Below are positions 13,023-27,269 of a stretch of 64,000 nucleotides of DNA, in pieces. The notes under the pieces are model-generated. The model ran no database searches. It was not told where the DNA came from and was given only the letters and a program-made list of their open reading frames with translations. Position 1 is the stretch's first letter; every line of letters starts with the position of its first letter. The stretch comes from Octopus vulgaris (lineage: Eukaryota). The stretch spans positions 64,666,001 through 64,730,000 of the forward strand of contig OX597832.1 of the NCBI GenBank assembly GCA_951406725.2. The letters are read 5' to 3'. The translations under genes were made by a program, and so were the position numbers.

Positions 13023-13113
13023 GCATGTATGTATGTGTATGTATATATATATACATATATATGTATTTATACACATACATGCATATATATGCATGTACAT
13101 ATAAACATATGCA

Positions 13114-13163
<50 letters not shown>

Positions 13164-13203
13164 TATTCCTGTATGTATTCTCTTTCGCTTTCTCTCTCTC
13201 TCA

Positions 13204-13261
<58 letters not shown>

Positions 13262-13284
13262 GCATTTATGTATCTGTATGTAGC

Positions 13285-13720
13285 AAAGTTGACATGGCCG
13301 GCAGTATGTGTTCCTGGATCCTCAGAAGTTTCCAGTTGAGAGCTATCCTCACCATTATCCCTCTCTTTACTACTTTTGCGCGACCCCACTTTGAATACTG
13401 TTATCCGTCTGTGGTCTCCCCACATGAAATAAAGTACCATGAAACCTGAAGCACCTTAAACGTCAATTACAAAACAAGATAGATGGCATGACAGGCCTTG
13501 ACTATTGGGGTCGACTAGAAATGATCAAGCTTTATTCTCTCCAACGCTGCTGTGAGCGATGCATGATGTGGAAAATATCCCATCAGCATTGCCCAAATGA
13601 TGTTGGTATCATCTTTAAGATACACCTAAGTCTTGGGCCCCGTCCTATCCGCCTACAACATAAATCACACTCGAATCCCATAACAACAACACAACACAAA
13701 TATTTCACCACAACTATAAT
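13285..13720 (+). mobile_element. CR1/L2-group LINE ORF2 3' remnant
   Basis: LWSP-like segment followed by GMTGLDYWGRLEMIKLYSLQRCCER..MWKI...CPND, a decayed form of the Y.eRL..L.LYSL.RRR.R motif. Confidence 0.75.
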
Positions 13721-13888
13721 GAAGTCTACCGCATGGGTATGCTAGTAATCGTGTCCATATTCGTAGCTCGGTTAAGCCAGAAACAAGCATATATATGTAT
13801 GTGTGTGTGCGTGTGTGCATGTGTGCATGCGTATGCATGCGTTTGTTTGAGTTTGTTTGTCTCTGCCTGTGCGCACCTCTATGTTTGC

Positions 13889-13929
<41 letters not shown>

Positions 13930-14054
13930 TCTTTGTGTGCTATAATGAAATTATAGCTTTGATATTTACTGTTAATAAGATTTTTTCACGTTATCGAAGT
14001 CTCTAAATTCTAATATAAATATATAAATTCTCACACACACAATCACATCCACAC

Positions 14055-14095
<41 letters not shown>

Positions 14096-14113
14096 ACAGC
14101 TATCTATGTATTT

Positions 14114-14164
<51 letters not shown>

Positions 14165-14959
14165 CACACACACACACAGATATAGGGGTGGTATACAATA
14201 TTAGACGAAAAGCACAAAGACTAAAGAGTCAGTGGCAAAACTATATATATACACGTGATTCTTCTGCGGATGAAGGTCTACCTCGCTTTGGTGTAGACTA
14301 CCCCGGTTATGAACGATCATGTATACGCATTACATGCAGTTATATCTTGGCTCACATGCTTAAGTTTATATCTAAAACTAGAAGTCTGAAAACTCTTCCT
14401 CGAAAACCTAACAGCGAATAATTGATAATTATCTTTTACCACGGAGCATAACCTTGTCCTTTTATGAAAAGAAAATGTTTAGTATACGTCGTTATACACA
14501 TTCCTTTCAAGAGATGGCCCTGGAGCGTATCCAGGTGCAAACAAAGAATTTTTCTTTATTTTAAATATTTTCTTGTTCATATGTCGTTGCTGAGAAAGAT
14601 GATAAATATATCTCCTTTAATAATGCGATGTAAGTCAATAAACAAGTGTACTTAGTGATGGTTTAAGTACCGTCAAAGCAATTAAAACCGTGGCGACAGC
14701 TTCCATCAATAATCATTTTGCAGCCTGTAATAATTAATCCTCGACGGGTCTGTAACTAAAACTACCGGAAAGTCGGTTGAGTACAGGCTCGGTCTCTACC
14801 CAGCTCTTTATCATTTTCTCTCTCATCTCAATATATATATACTTTCAGCAAAAACAATTAAGATTCAAGTGAATTCCAATGAATTCAAATGAATATGGTA
14901 CTTAACTTAGTTGCACCAGAATTGTTTATGGTATTAACCATAAAATAATGTGGGGTGAT

Positions 14960-15176
14960 TATAACCAAGAAAAAAGCAACAAGAATGGATTAGTAGTTTA
15001 GTACAATTGTTTCATACAAAGAACACTTTTATTTAAAGCTGCAAGTATTGCAGCAAATACAAATGTCCAGTATTCATCAGCTATTTGCTGCAATACTTGC
15101 AGCTTTAAATAAAACTGTTCTTGGTATGAAACAATTGTACTAAACTACTAATCCATTCTTGTTGCTTTTTTCTTGG

Positions 15177-15181
<5 letters not shown>
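14960..15181. repeat. Long hairpin: 100-bp inverted arms (14960-15059 / 15082-15181), 22-nt loop
   Basis: The arms are reverse complements with 2 mismatches by manual comparison. Confidence 0.95.
14999..15083 (-). ncRNA. Minimal type I hammerhead motif embedded in the hairpin
   Basis: UAG-CUGAUGA-AUAC...GUAU-GAAAC-AAUU-GUA-CUA. Confidence 0.65.
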
Positions 15182-15222
<41 letters not shown>

Positions 15223-15231
15223 TTATATATA

Positions 15232-15267
15232 TATTCACTATAAATACACGTGTATTTATAGTGAATA
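15232..15267. repeat. Perfect 36-bp palindrome
   Basis: TATTCACTATAAATACAC|GTGTATTTATAGTGAATA. Confidence 0.95.
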
Positions 15268-15454
15268 CATAATGAAATGTGGAAATTGACGATTTAAAGT
15301 CTGTAATCAGCATATTGACATAGAAATAAATTTTCTTTTGCCCTTGTTTATAAGTTGTTTATAATTTTAGCCTTTAAAGGTAATTTAATATGCTGCCATT
15401 TTTGATGAAATATTTTTCTTAAAAATTGTTTATCCTATATTAGTAGTAGTAGTA

Positions 15455-15527
<73 letters not shown>

Positions 15528-15692
15528 CGTGTGTGTGGGCACGCGTGTGTATAAAAGGGGGAATTTACAGGAAAATAAAAAACAAAAGACAAAGAGAGGT
15601 AGTGTAAACAACAAACAGATGTATTAATATAACGCTCGGGAAGTGAAAAGTCTTTAACGTTTCGAGCCTACGCTCTTCATAGAAAGAAACTC

Positions 15693-15770
15693 AGAAAGAA
15701 ACAAGGAGAGAAAATAAAGAAAGAAACAAGGAAAGAAAATAAAGAAAGTAACAAGGAAAGAAAATAAAGA
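15693..15770 (+). repeat. 25-bp tandem repeat x3
   Basis: AGAAAGAAACAAGGARAGAAAATAA units. Confidence 0.85.
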
Positions 15771-15799
15771 CTATGTAGTGGCTAGCGATCTATCATGGC

Positions 15800-15865
<66 letters not shown>

Positions 15866-16543
15866 GTGCGTGTGTGTATAACTTACGCGTATATGTGTAT
15901 GCAGTATATATATGCATTCTTGTGTATGCATATGTTTGTACATGTGTTTATATGTATGTACATCTGCATACGTACAGGGAATTAACAGTGCGCAGTTCCC
16001 TAAAACGATTGATGTGAAGAGGTCTTTAAATAAATCATTTACTTAACCTTAAAACTCGCCTTAAAGCTAGTACAAGTGATATAATATTTATATTTCATTG
16101 TACTAATAAAGCTGTACTTTAAGCGCCAATTATTTGTGACTATACCTACATACATATATACCAGTTCTGATCACTTATAAAGTTTTGCTATAAAAATATG
16201 TGTGACACCCTTTAGGCTACGGCTGATGTAAATTCTCAATAGAGTCCTTTTATTCACAAGCACACACAGACACGCACACGCACACACACATCACATACAC
16301 ACATACCACAATGTTATTAATGTGTAGGTATGTCAGCATGTATAAAATTGCGATTATATGTTCTATATACATACATACAAACAAACATATATATATATAT
16401 ATATATATATATACTGGATTTTGTATCCACCAATATATTTGAAAAGCTATATATCTGGCACTTCTGATCTATCTCTCCCACATTTTTCTGTCTCTTTCTC
16501 TCTCACACACACATTATCTATGTCTCTATGTACCTGTGTGAAA

Positions 16544-16680
<137 letters not shown>

Positions 16681-16869
16681 ATCCAAATAAAGGATAGTAT
16701 TTAATCAGATTTGTGATAAACCCTCAGAGAATATCACACCAATCTCTTTCTACACTTAACAATAGTTTGCCAGAAACATTAACAGGGTCAAACTAAATCT
16801 GTGCCATACATCGTCACTCCTATATGTTCAATGTACATCTATCTATTTCATTTACGTCTACATCTGTAA

Positions 16870-17025
16870 TCCAATAACGTACTCCTATATATTTCTATAA
16901 AATACACTATTCCAAATAGCTTACGCACATATATTGCGATAACGTACTCATATATATTTGAATAACGTGATGTATATATTCCAATAACGTACTCGCATAT
17001 ATTTCCATATAACGCACTTGCATAT
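16870..17025 (+). repeat. Degenerate ~22-24-bp minisatellite
   Basis: Recurring ATAACGTACTCNNATATATTT units. Confidence 0.65.
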
Positions 17026-19858
17026 ATGACAATGATGTAATCATATAACAGTACGTACCGACCCATACATCCATATATCCATACATACATGCATACATAC
17101 ATACATACATACATTCATACATACATACATACATACATACGTACATACAAAAATACATACATACATACATATACACACACATATATTCCAAGAAATACTG
17201 ACTCTGATTTGGAATCGATAAACTTTGGAGTTGGTAATTAAATATTGCCTTCATTTGTCTGATTAGCATTTGCATATGCAGATTAGTTTTACACATATGT
17301 AGAGATTTTCTGTCTAATTATCAATGTATCTATACATCCGCCTCTCCTTCTCTAATCTTGTGTGTGTGTATCTGTATCTCACTGTCTCTCTGTGTATACA
17401 CACACACACACGCACACCGACAGACAGATACAGACACTCACACACACACACACATACAGAGAGAGAAGTGGGCGATGGAATGAGTGAAAATTAGATAAAA
17501 TGAATTGTTTCTTCCATTTGGTCTATCTTTTAATATACTTACACACACACATACACACACACACACGTACACACACATATATGTATGTATAAAAATATGT
17601 ATGCATATATGTATATACGTATGTGTATGAGTAACTATTTCAAATATACGTGTGGTGTGAATGTGTGTGTCTATCCCTCTTTCTACATACAAGCAATATA
17701 CCATAGGCACACTCAAAACCTGTTACAAAAGTATAACTCCTGCCTCACATACAAAACACTCACAAAATAGAAACCGCACACGACTTCACCTAAACCCACA
17801 TTCACAGAGATTCTTTCAAACACACGCAAACAAAACCACACAAAACGATAACCATTCGGGAATAGTTCCCCACCCACCTTTCTGTTACAGACACAACAGC
17901 CTTCTTAGTGGAGCCACTCAAGATACACATAGACAAATACTTTCCCTGGCCTTCAAGTGAGAATCACAAGGGAACACTCAAATATAAACATACACACTCT
18001 CGCTCTGTAATGATATATTAAGACTCATGTGTCCGCTTCCTTTGCACATATTTCATTGTGTAGCTTGCTGGTGCTAAGGACCGCAAGAGAGAATATCTTT
18101 TAATATTTAGCAAACAGGCCAGATTACTCGAAGACGCAATAACTACCCGATTGTACCTGGTTAATATAAATGGTTTCATCTGTTTCCATTATCGCTGCAG
18201 TATCGTCTTAGATGTCAATTTTTGCTTTAGTAACGCCATATATTATCTTATAGACCTAACTACTAACGTCTATTACTACTACAGGCTATCATTTATACAA
18301 CAGTTCGATGCATTATCGTAATTGGATAGCTTGTAAAGATGCTTTCTCGACCTGTCTCACGTTCGCATTTGAAGAAAAGGCAGGAGGCTTTTAGACACTA
18401 AATGTCTGTATTGGTGATATATCTGTACGTGTTAATGTGTATGTTAATCCAATCTCTATAACCATCTTTCCTCGCCTATCAGTAGCACCGTATTAGCGTG
18501 TGTGTAGGTGTGTGAGTATATATGTGTGTGTGTGTATGTGTGTGATTATACGCCCGTTTGATACTTTGTCGTTCTCTCTAATGACATTGTGCTGAGTGTA
18601 TGCAAAGAGATACATGTCAATATGTAGACGTACTCTCTCGTTCACACACACACGCACACACATACACACACACAAACACAAACACACATGTAACAAGTAT
18701 ATGTGTTCTTATCTCTGTATGAATGAACACAGTATATAGCTTTGTTACAACCATCATTAAGTATCATTACATATCGCACATCTTCGCTCTAAATATATAT
18801 TTGTTCATCACGCTGAGCATTTTGCTAAATACTTTACAAAGAAAAATATTCTAGTAGAATGTTCGAAGTATTTATTTTCCTAATTACCTCCCCCTCCTCC
18901 TCCTCCTCCTGCCCCCCTACACATGACGTATGCATCTAAGTTCCTGTATATTTGAATGTTCTATTATTCTTGTGTTAACTCTGTATATCCATGACCCAGT
19001 GGTTTTTCTTTTCGGATTTTCTGTGTACGGGGAAATGCAAATTAGGTCCTCATTATATAGTTTGGTGGGATTGCTTTGTTTTAGATGTAGCCTATTACAA
19101 TCGTCTTATCTGGGAAGTTACAGGGATAACAGGGTATCTTTGGTTTTGTACTGTTATCCTTTTACCAGAAAATTGTATAACGTTATATAACAAAGTATTG
19201 CAATCAATGTTGCCAGCACATGAATTTGAAAAGTCTACTGAAATTTTGACACCCTTTGCTATAACCTAAAATCTAAGAACCATATAAAGAACGTAGCCCG
19301 AATGCAATTTCGGAGACACGACTGGTTGAAATGAAATGCCTCTCGATAGAAGTGATATATTGAGGCTTATAATCGACGGATGATTTTATACAGATATACT
19401 TCAGGTTAACCATGAATACATTTAATATTCGATGTACACGACATATCTATTCATTTAGATATAGGTACAAATCTAATGATATACCATTTTAGATATACAT
19501 ATTCTTTTTAAAAGGCTGGAGCGAAAACACACAATAAAAGCAATAAACTCTACAGAGAATGTAACTAAAAGAAATTACTTTTCTGATTCTACCTGACATC
19601 ATTAAGCGTACGGAAATTTCTTGTGTCTTCATCAAGAAAAATGCAAAATTTCAAACATACTCGCTTAACGACGTATGTTGAACTGGAGATTAGTTGAATC
19701 TGCTGCCAATAAAAGGGTTATCAAGAAATACTAGCTTAGAAATCAAGCTAAAATTTAATCCAAATTATGATATCTAGGATCAAATAATATACAGTCGCGC
19801 GACGTTAACTAAGACGGCATTTCAAGGAAACCTCCACAACTTATAATTTTCACTACAT

Positions 19859-20238
19859 AGGCGCAGGCGTGATCTGTGGTAAGAAGTTTGCTTCCCAGAC
19901 ACATGGTTCCGGTTTCAGTCCCACTGCGTGGTATCTTAGGCGAGTGTGTTCTTCTATAGCCTTGGAATGAACAAAGACTTGTGAGGGGATTTGGAAGTCG
20001 TAAATTGAAAGAAGCCCGTCGTATATATATATATATATATGTATATGTGTGTGTTTGTGTGTGAGAGTGTTTGCGTACGTGCGTATGTATGTGTATGGAT
20101 ATATATGTATATATCTGTGTTTGTCACTGCTCACCGCTTGACAACCGGTGCTGAAGTGTTCGCGTCCCTCCGACTAAAAGAACTTTAAGGCGGTGTCCCA
20201 GCATGGTCACAGTCTAATGATTGAAACAAGTAAAAGAT
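19859..20238 (+). mobile_element. tRNA-derived SINE with internal (TA)/(TG) microsatellite
   Basis: AGGCGCAGGCGTG..TGTGGTAAGAAGTTTGCTTCCC head with B-box-like GGTTTCAGTCC, and tail GGCGGTGTCCCAGCATGG...GAAACAAGTAAAAGA. Many copies in the window. Confidence 0.85.
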
Positions 20239-20339
20239 TTAAAAAAACATATGTAAATTAGTGCCATTTACGTATAAGTCATTTGCTTAACCATACGTAC
20301 AGAAGATGGGATTAATCTGATACGAAATATATATATATA

Positions 20340-20690
20340 TTGGTTTCAAATGTTGACATAAGCCTAGCAATTTTAGGCGAGGAAGGATTCGATTGCATCG
20401 ACACCAATATGCAGCTGGTACTTATTTTCTTGAATCCGAAAGAATGTAAGGCAAACTCAGAACGTAAAAAACAGACCAAGTATCGCTAAGCACGAGGCTT
20501 GCAATTTTGGATGAGAGATAAGTCGATTACATAGACACCAGTATATAGCTGGTACTTATTTCATCGAACCCGAAAGAATGGTAAGGTAATGTCAGTTTCG
20601 GTGGAATTCGAACTCAGAATATAAAAATAGACAACGTACCGCTAACGATTCTGTCCGGTGTGCTTCCGATTCTACCAGTTCGACGCCTTA
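20340..20690 (-). mobile_element. Two tandem SINEs (second family)
   Basis: Duplicated GCTGGTACTTATTT...CCGAAAGAATG...AACTCAGAA blocks. Confidence 0.75.
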
Positions 20691-21179
20691 CTGATGTGTA
20701 TACAGTAAAGAAAGGAAATAGTCGTCTATTTCCAATTTATATTGTGCAAAGCATATCCTTATACGATTACATTAAATATTTCTTGTTTTCCTCTTCATGT
20801 GATATCATGTGATATCCACTCAGCCTTTCTCTTCAAAGGATACACCGCCATAACGATCGTGAGCGAAACACCCTAACCGCTAGGCCACGTGCCTTCACTC
20901 ATGAGCGTCTGCCTACCAATTTACACATGTACACGCATACACACATATAATGGTTTGTGTGTGTGTTTTCGTGATCCTGTATGTTTGTGTGTATTATTAT
21001 TCTGTTATGTATGAAAACTCCGAAACAAAGACACACGCATTTCTGGTTAGACAAATACATTCAGATAGGCGGGTAAAGATAGCAGGGAAATAAATATATT
21101 AACACTAAACACCATCAACTTAAACACCAATACAGACAACAACAACAGCAACAACAACACAAACAATAACAACAACAAC

Positions 21180-21276
<97 letters not shown>

Positions 21277-21438
21277 ATGATGATGATGATAAAAATGCGA
21301 GATGTGATGGAGACAGGCGCGGCAGAAAAATTGGCATTCGGATAGATAAATCAATCGATTGATCGATCGATCGATCGAATAAGCTGTTTCAATGCAAAGA
21401 TAGATAGAGAGATAGGCGGAGATGGGGAGAGGGAAAGG

Positions 21439-21473
<35 letters not shown>

Positions 21474-22179
21474 AGAATGTGAAAGAAGGTGGTTTGTGTC
21501 AATAGAGAGGGAGATGTAAACAGTCCTGCAGCCAGAATGATACGTAAATGTGATTGTGAGAAAGAAAATTAAGCACATAACCGCATACAAATACACGCAC
21601 ACACATGCACACGCACACACACACACACACACACGCGCATATATGAATATATATATATCTATGTATGTATATATATATAATGCTGCATGTTGCTCATGCA
21701 TATTCATGCGCATTCGCATGTTGCTATAACATATGACGGAATATGTGGTGCGCATGTTAACCTACCACTACTCCGCTCTATGTGATGCACGATCGATTTC
21801 ATTAGCTTTGCATAGATACGATATGTATTATTCCTGGAATACACAAAGACCGCAACATTTCGTCATGCCTCTCTCTCTCTGTCTCTCTCTCTCATTCTGT
21901 CTCTTTTTCTCAGTCTCGTTCTGTCTCTTTTTCTCTCTCGTTCTGTCTGTCTGTCTGTCTCTCTCTGTCGTTCTACCTCTCTCTCTTGTTCTATCTCTCT
22001 CTCTGTCTCTCTCTTTCATTCTCTCTCTCTCCCTCTCTCTCTCTGTTTATGTCTTACACTATATATGTACATGCGTATGTTACTGGATGCTAGTGTGTAT
22101 GTTGTGTATATGCACACATAAAGTGTGTATGCTTGTATGTCTCTAAAGATATGCGTGTGTATATGTGCCCGTGTACATG

Positions 22180-22214
<35 letters not shown>

Positions 22215-23582
22215 ACTGACTCTGAACGCATGTATTTTGCTGTATTTCCATTCGCATGTGCTTTCGTTGGTTTGTGTGTGTAAGTATTGTGTCTGTGTGT
22301 CTGGATATATATCTGCGCGTGTGCATATACCTATGTTTGTGTATGTCTACCCTTATGCCTTTGTATTTATAAATGTAAGCATGCATTTCTATCCGTATGC
22401 TGTTTCCACCAATGTTTATGCATGGATGTGTGTGTGTGTATGTATTTGGGTATGTGTTTGTGAGCGTATAGGAGAATGTGTTATGTCAATTTTATTCCTC
22501 TTTTTATACGATTATACGCATATATATATAAGCATACTAACGTGTGTAAGTAAACATACCAATATATGCGTGTTGTATGTATGTATCCATGTGAGTTAGC
22601 TAAAGAACTATCTCTTCCCTCTCTTCTGTAAGATTCAATATTGTTTATAAGTTTACTTAGATTAATGTCGTTTAACAACTCTTATATACAAATATTATCT
22701 CTGTCTGCTAGATTTAGAAGAAATTTCAAAGAAACAAAACTAGTTTACACAGAACAAGAACAAAAAACACCATTGGAATGGAGTGACGTGCTATTTTTTT
22801 TAACACTACGTGTCATAAGCCTCATTGGTCTTTCCATGGCAGCCATGTTGGATGGTTGTTGTAGCATTCTAGAAAAGAAATGGTTGCTAAACTATCGTTC
22901 ATATATTACCTCATATTATTGAACAGGAACATGGTAACTGGTTTTTCCATGAGACACAGAGCAGTGAAACCAATTGTAGTGAGGAAGAGAGAGAGAGGGA
23001 GAGAGAGAAAAAAAGAAAGAAAGAGAAAGAAACAGCAAGACTCAGACCTTGTTTCGTATTTTATTTACTTGACCCAGGAAGAATGGAAAGCTAAATTGAC
23101 ATCGGCTGGATTTAAAATTAAGACGATCATTTTAATACCCAAATTACAATTTTGCCGAACTGGCAAACATGTGGACATCAGAAAGAATGTCCTCATTTTT
23201 AGAGCTCTGAGTTCAAATATCTCCGAGGCCAACATTGTCATTCTTTGCGGGTCGATAATATAAGTATCGATTCAAGGTACTTGAATTGGAAATAGGTTTT
23301 TGTGTTCACATTCCGCATGGCCTACCTGCGTGCTCGACATAATCGGTCACCTAGATGCTATAAATGACATTAACTTCTCTATCATATTTTTAATCGACAA
23401 ACTTACAATGTTTTGATAATCCCTTTTTCAAAATCGTTAAAAATTGTTCCTGCTTTTTTACCTTTCCACCTCCAAGTCAGAAGAACTTCTTACAAAAATA
23501 AATCATTTAGTGATTACATTTTTTAATTCATCATTTGTTATTCGCATCCATATATGAACTCTCCGTCTGCCTATCCATGCTC

Positions 23583-23636
<54 letters not shown>

Positions 23637-23672
23637 TATATATATATATATATTTATTTATATTTATATATA

Positions 23673-23880
23673 CACGAGATGGAACTGAAGAGTTCCTGGT
23701 TTTAGATAAAAGGAAAGAGGATCAGTTAATGATTTTATTATATATATTCCTCTACCACATTCACACACTTATTGCAGCAGTCCTTCAGTTTTCGTAAACC
23801 CAGTGAAAAACACTCGGAAGTTTGGGCCTCGAAATAGGCCTTTTGCGATACCATTAAAGCCACAAACCTTTCTGCACTCA
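23673..23880 (-). mobile_element. Mariner transposon 3' end relic
   Basis: AYFEAQTSECFSLGLRKLKDCCNKCVNVVEEYI resembles the mariner C-terminus (G..KL..R..KCV...G.Y). A TIR-like CGAG...CTGAAGAGTTCCTGG lies next to a TA run. Confidence 0.65.
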
Positions 23881-23882
23881 CT

Positions 23883-23956
<74 letters not shown>

Positions 23957-24339
23957 CATTTCAGTGTTAAAAAGATTGTGAGCTCAGTTGTTATGAGGAA
24001 CCATACCAAATATTTATGTATACAAAAACGAAGAAATGACAGACTTATTAGAATAAATGTTAGGATGATATGGAATATTAGTTCGTTGTCTTTCAAAGTT
24101 AAGCAAGGTCAACATTGCATTTCATGTTACTGGGGAGGGTGGATGGGGTATTACTTAAAATGTCACCTCAGGATCAATGTAAGCACTGCATGCTTCCCTC
24201 AAGTTTACTGGCTTTTGACCTAAATTATCAAAAATATGAACTGATTTGATTTACGAAGCAAAGATTATTTCGTTCGGGAAGCGGAGAGCAACAACGTGAG
24301 CAGCGGCGAGTTCTATCACAATGACGACGATGAAGACCT

Positions 24340-24390
<51 letters not shown>

Positions 24391-24547
24391 CACCACCACC
24401 ACCACCATCATCACTACAGCCACCACAACCACTACTACGACCACTATCGCTGTTGCTCCTGCTGCTGCTACGAATGATAAACTTAATTATAATAATGATA
24501 ATCGTAAAGAAAATAATTATTTCCATTGTTTTTCTTCCATGATCATG

Positions 24548-24597
<50 letters not shown>

Positions 24598-24935
24598 GAT
24601 TATTATTATTAGTTTCATCTGAAACGACAACAATAACTAATAAATGTTATGAGTTTTAGAGCACAAAAACAAGCTGCTTTCTTTAGTGAATTCCTAATGA
24701 GGAAGTCGTGACATTGTATTCCGTTAGAAACAATGAATTGTAATGGTCGCAGCTTCAGGCCGACAAATTTGTGACTGTTTTAATAATTCATAGACATCAA
24801 ACTACCATACTGTGCGTGTGTGTGTGTGTGTGTGATAGCAATTGATATTATTGATATTTGAAGTTTGCCAAATTTGATTTTGTAATTTTGTACAGAAGGC
24901 ACCACTACTATAGTCCGAACAAAAGTCTGTATATA

Positions 24936-25134
24936 CAGTTGCGGCCAAAATGTTCAGAACGGCATTGTTTTCGTCAGAAAAGTAGGTATAAGTTACACCA
25001 AAATCTCAGACAATACCAATTAATATCGTATTTATTGTCTGTGAAAATTATAGAATATAAAACATCTTTAATAAAAGCTTATATCTACTTTTCTGACGAA
25101 AACAATGCCGTTCTGAACATTTTGGCTGCAACTG
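24936..25134. mobile_element. Tc1/mariner-type MITE, 199 bp, 57-bp TIRs, TA TSD
   Basis: TA-CAGTTGCGGCCAAAATGTTCAGAACGGCATTGTTTTCGTCAGAAAAGTAG ... CTACTTTTCTGACGAAAACAATGCCGTTCTGAACATTTTGGCTGCAACTG-TA. Confidence 0.92.
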
Positions 25135-25193
<59 letters not shown>

Positions 25194-26713
25194 ACGTAGA
25201 TATATAGATTGATAGATAGATATTATGTAGGTACGGTTATAATCGAAGCTCTGTCCTCTTGAAACACGCCTCTATCTGAAGTGTTTCTAAAAGATGCCAT
25301 ACATGTTTCTCCTACATGTAGAAATTTGCAACTCCTATTAGTATATGAAACATATGTAATGGTAAATAAATAATACCATTTTATTTCCATTCTCCTAGTT
25401 TTATAGTAAAAGATATCTACGCCCTGGGACACAAACATTGTTTCTCTACCCATCCCTCTGTTTCTTTGGGGGAAAAATTCGTTGCCTTGTTATTGAAATC
25501 AGAATAATTGACTGACGGGCCTAAAAATGTAAAAAAAAATGACATCATTTATTTCCGATTCCAGCGTCTCAGACAAGCTCTTGAATAAGAATAAAAAATG
25601 AGACACAAATAGAAAAGCAATAAAAAGAAATCCTACTGCTTCATCTCACTATAAAGTCAGTAAGTTCTTGTACCTCGAAACGACAACTGAATTGCCGTCT
25701 AGCTTGCTCGAGTTTGGTAGTAAAGACGAGTAAATTGACATTTTCCATACCATTTCTCATAGGAAAGACATGAATGACGTAGTTACAGATGACAGTTATA
25801 AGTGCATATAACCTGATTCTGCAGAATGCTGTATTTTTTTTTAAAGTTGCTTGCTTGTCGTTGTATCTTTCCTATTTCTACAGGAGAAAATTGGGACAAG
25901 GTTTATACCCCATCGACACTTCTCTAAATAGAACATAGCCGTTTTCGGAGAGAAAAAAAGGTAGGAAAACGATCCTTCCTTGCGTTTGTCGGCTTCTTAA
26001 CGATACTGAAACGATGAAAGGTGAAACTCACCTCTTCCCCTTACACATTTACCAATACGCTACCTTCTTTTGTTGAAATTACGACTATAGTTCTAAAATG
26101 TCATTGATGTCCAAAGTTAGAGAAACGTTCTGTCCATCATATGTGAACAAAATATTAATCAACATCTTGGTAAAATGATTTTCAGACAAAGAAGAATAAC
26201 ACAAAGAAGAATAATACATTTCTCAATTTCAGGAAAGATCTAACGTGAATAAAATAAATTAATAAATAAATAAAAGAAAATTGAAATAGAAAATAAAAAG
26301 AAATGTGAATAAATTTGCTATTGAATTATTATTTTACAGAGAAATTTTCTTGGAAAATAAAAATGTTTATCTGATCTTAATAGTAAAATGAAAGTTTATA
26401 ATTTGGTCGCCCCATGCTCCACACCCTTCTACGTGATTCTCTCATGTCATTCTCTTACCAGGTGCCTTCTCTTTTAGTTTCGCAACAATTTCTTCCTCTC
26501 TGAATGTAATTAACACAAATACAGACACATACGCACGCCCTGTTTCCCCCCTCTCTCTATATCTCTGTCTTTGTCTCAGTCCCTCCACCTCTCTCTCTCT
26601 CTCAGTCCCTCCACCTCTCTCTCTCTCTCCCAGACACACACACAAACACACAAATATATACACTTTTGTACGAGTGTAAATGTGAGTATGCGTTCAATTT
26701 AGAAGCATTTCTG

Positions 26714-26756
<43 letters not shown>

Positions 26757-26758
<2 letters not shown>

Positions 26759-26972
26759 TTTATTTCTTTACTTGTTTCAGTCATTTGACTGCGGTCATGC
26801 TGGAGCACCGCATTTAGTCGAACAAATCGACCCCAGGACCAATTCTTTGCAAGCCTAGTACTTATTCTATCGTTCTCTTTTGCCGAACCGTTAAGTTACG
26901 GGGACGTAAACGCGCCAACATCGGTTGTCAAGCGATGGTGGGAGAAACAAACTCAGACACACAAACGTATAC

Positions 26973-27071
<99 letters not shown>

Positions 27072-27245
27072 AGTGTGTATACGAGGGGCCTCTTTCACTT
27101 TCTGTGTACAAAATCCACTCAGAAGGCTTCGGTCGTCCCGAAGCTATAGCAGAAGACACTTACTCAAGGTGCCACGTAGCGGGACTGAACCCGGAACCAT
27201 ATGGCTGAGAAGCAAGCTCCATACCACACAACCACACCTGCACCT
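26757..27245 (-). mobile_element. Near full-length tRNA-derived SINE with internal (TG)n
   Basis: Reverse complement of the 19859 family: TTTTACTTGTTTCAGTCATTTGACTGCGG...GGGACTGAACCCGGAACC...ACCACACCTGCACCT. Confidence 0.88.
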
Positions 27246-27269
27246 TTATATATATATATATAAATAACA

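Noticed and set aside
16870-17025. CRISPR-like repeat array
   Set aside because: The units are degenerate and adjacent without unique spacers, the context is eukaryotic, and there are no cas genes.
19121-19138. CAGGGATAACAGGGTATC, 15/18 match to the I-SceI site / LSU rRNA motif
   Set aside because: The flanks show no rRNA or vector similarity; treated as chance.
18930-19270. Possible Penelope RT-to-GIY-YIG linker remnant on the minus strand (QRYP..., PYTENP)
   Set aside because: Only a few residues in different frames; not supportable without a profile search.
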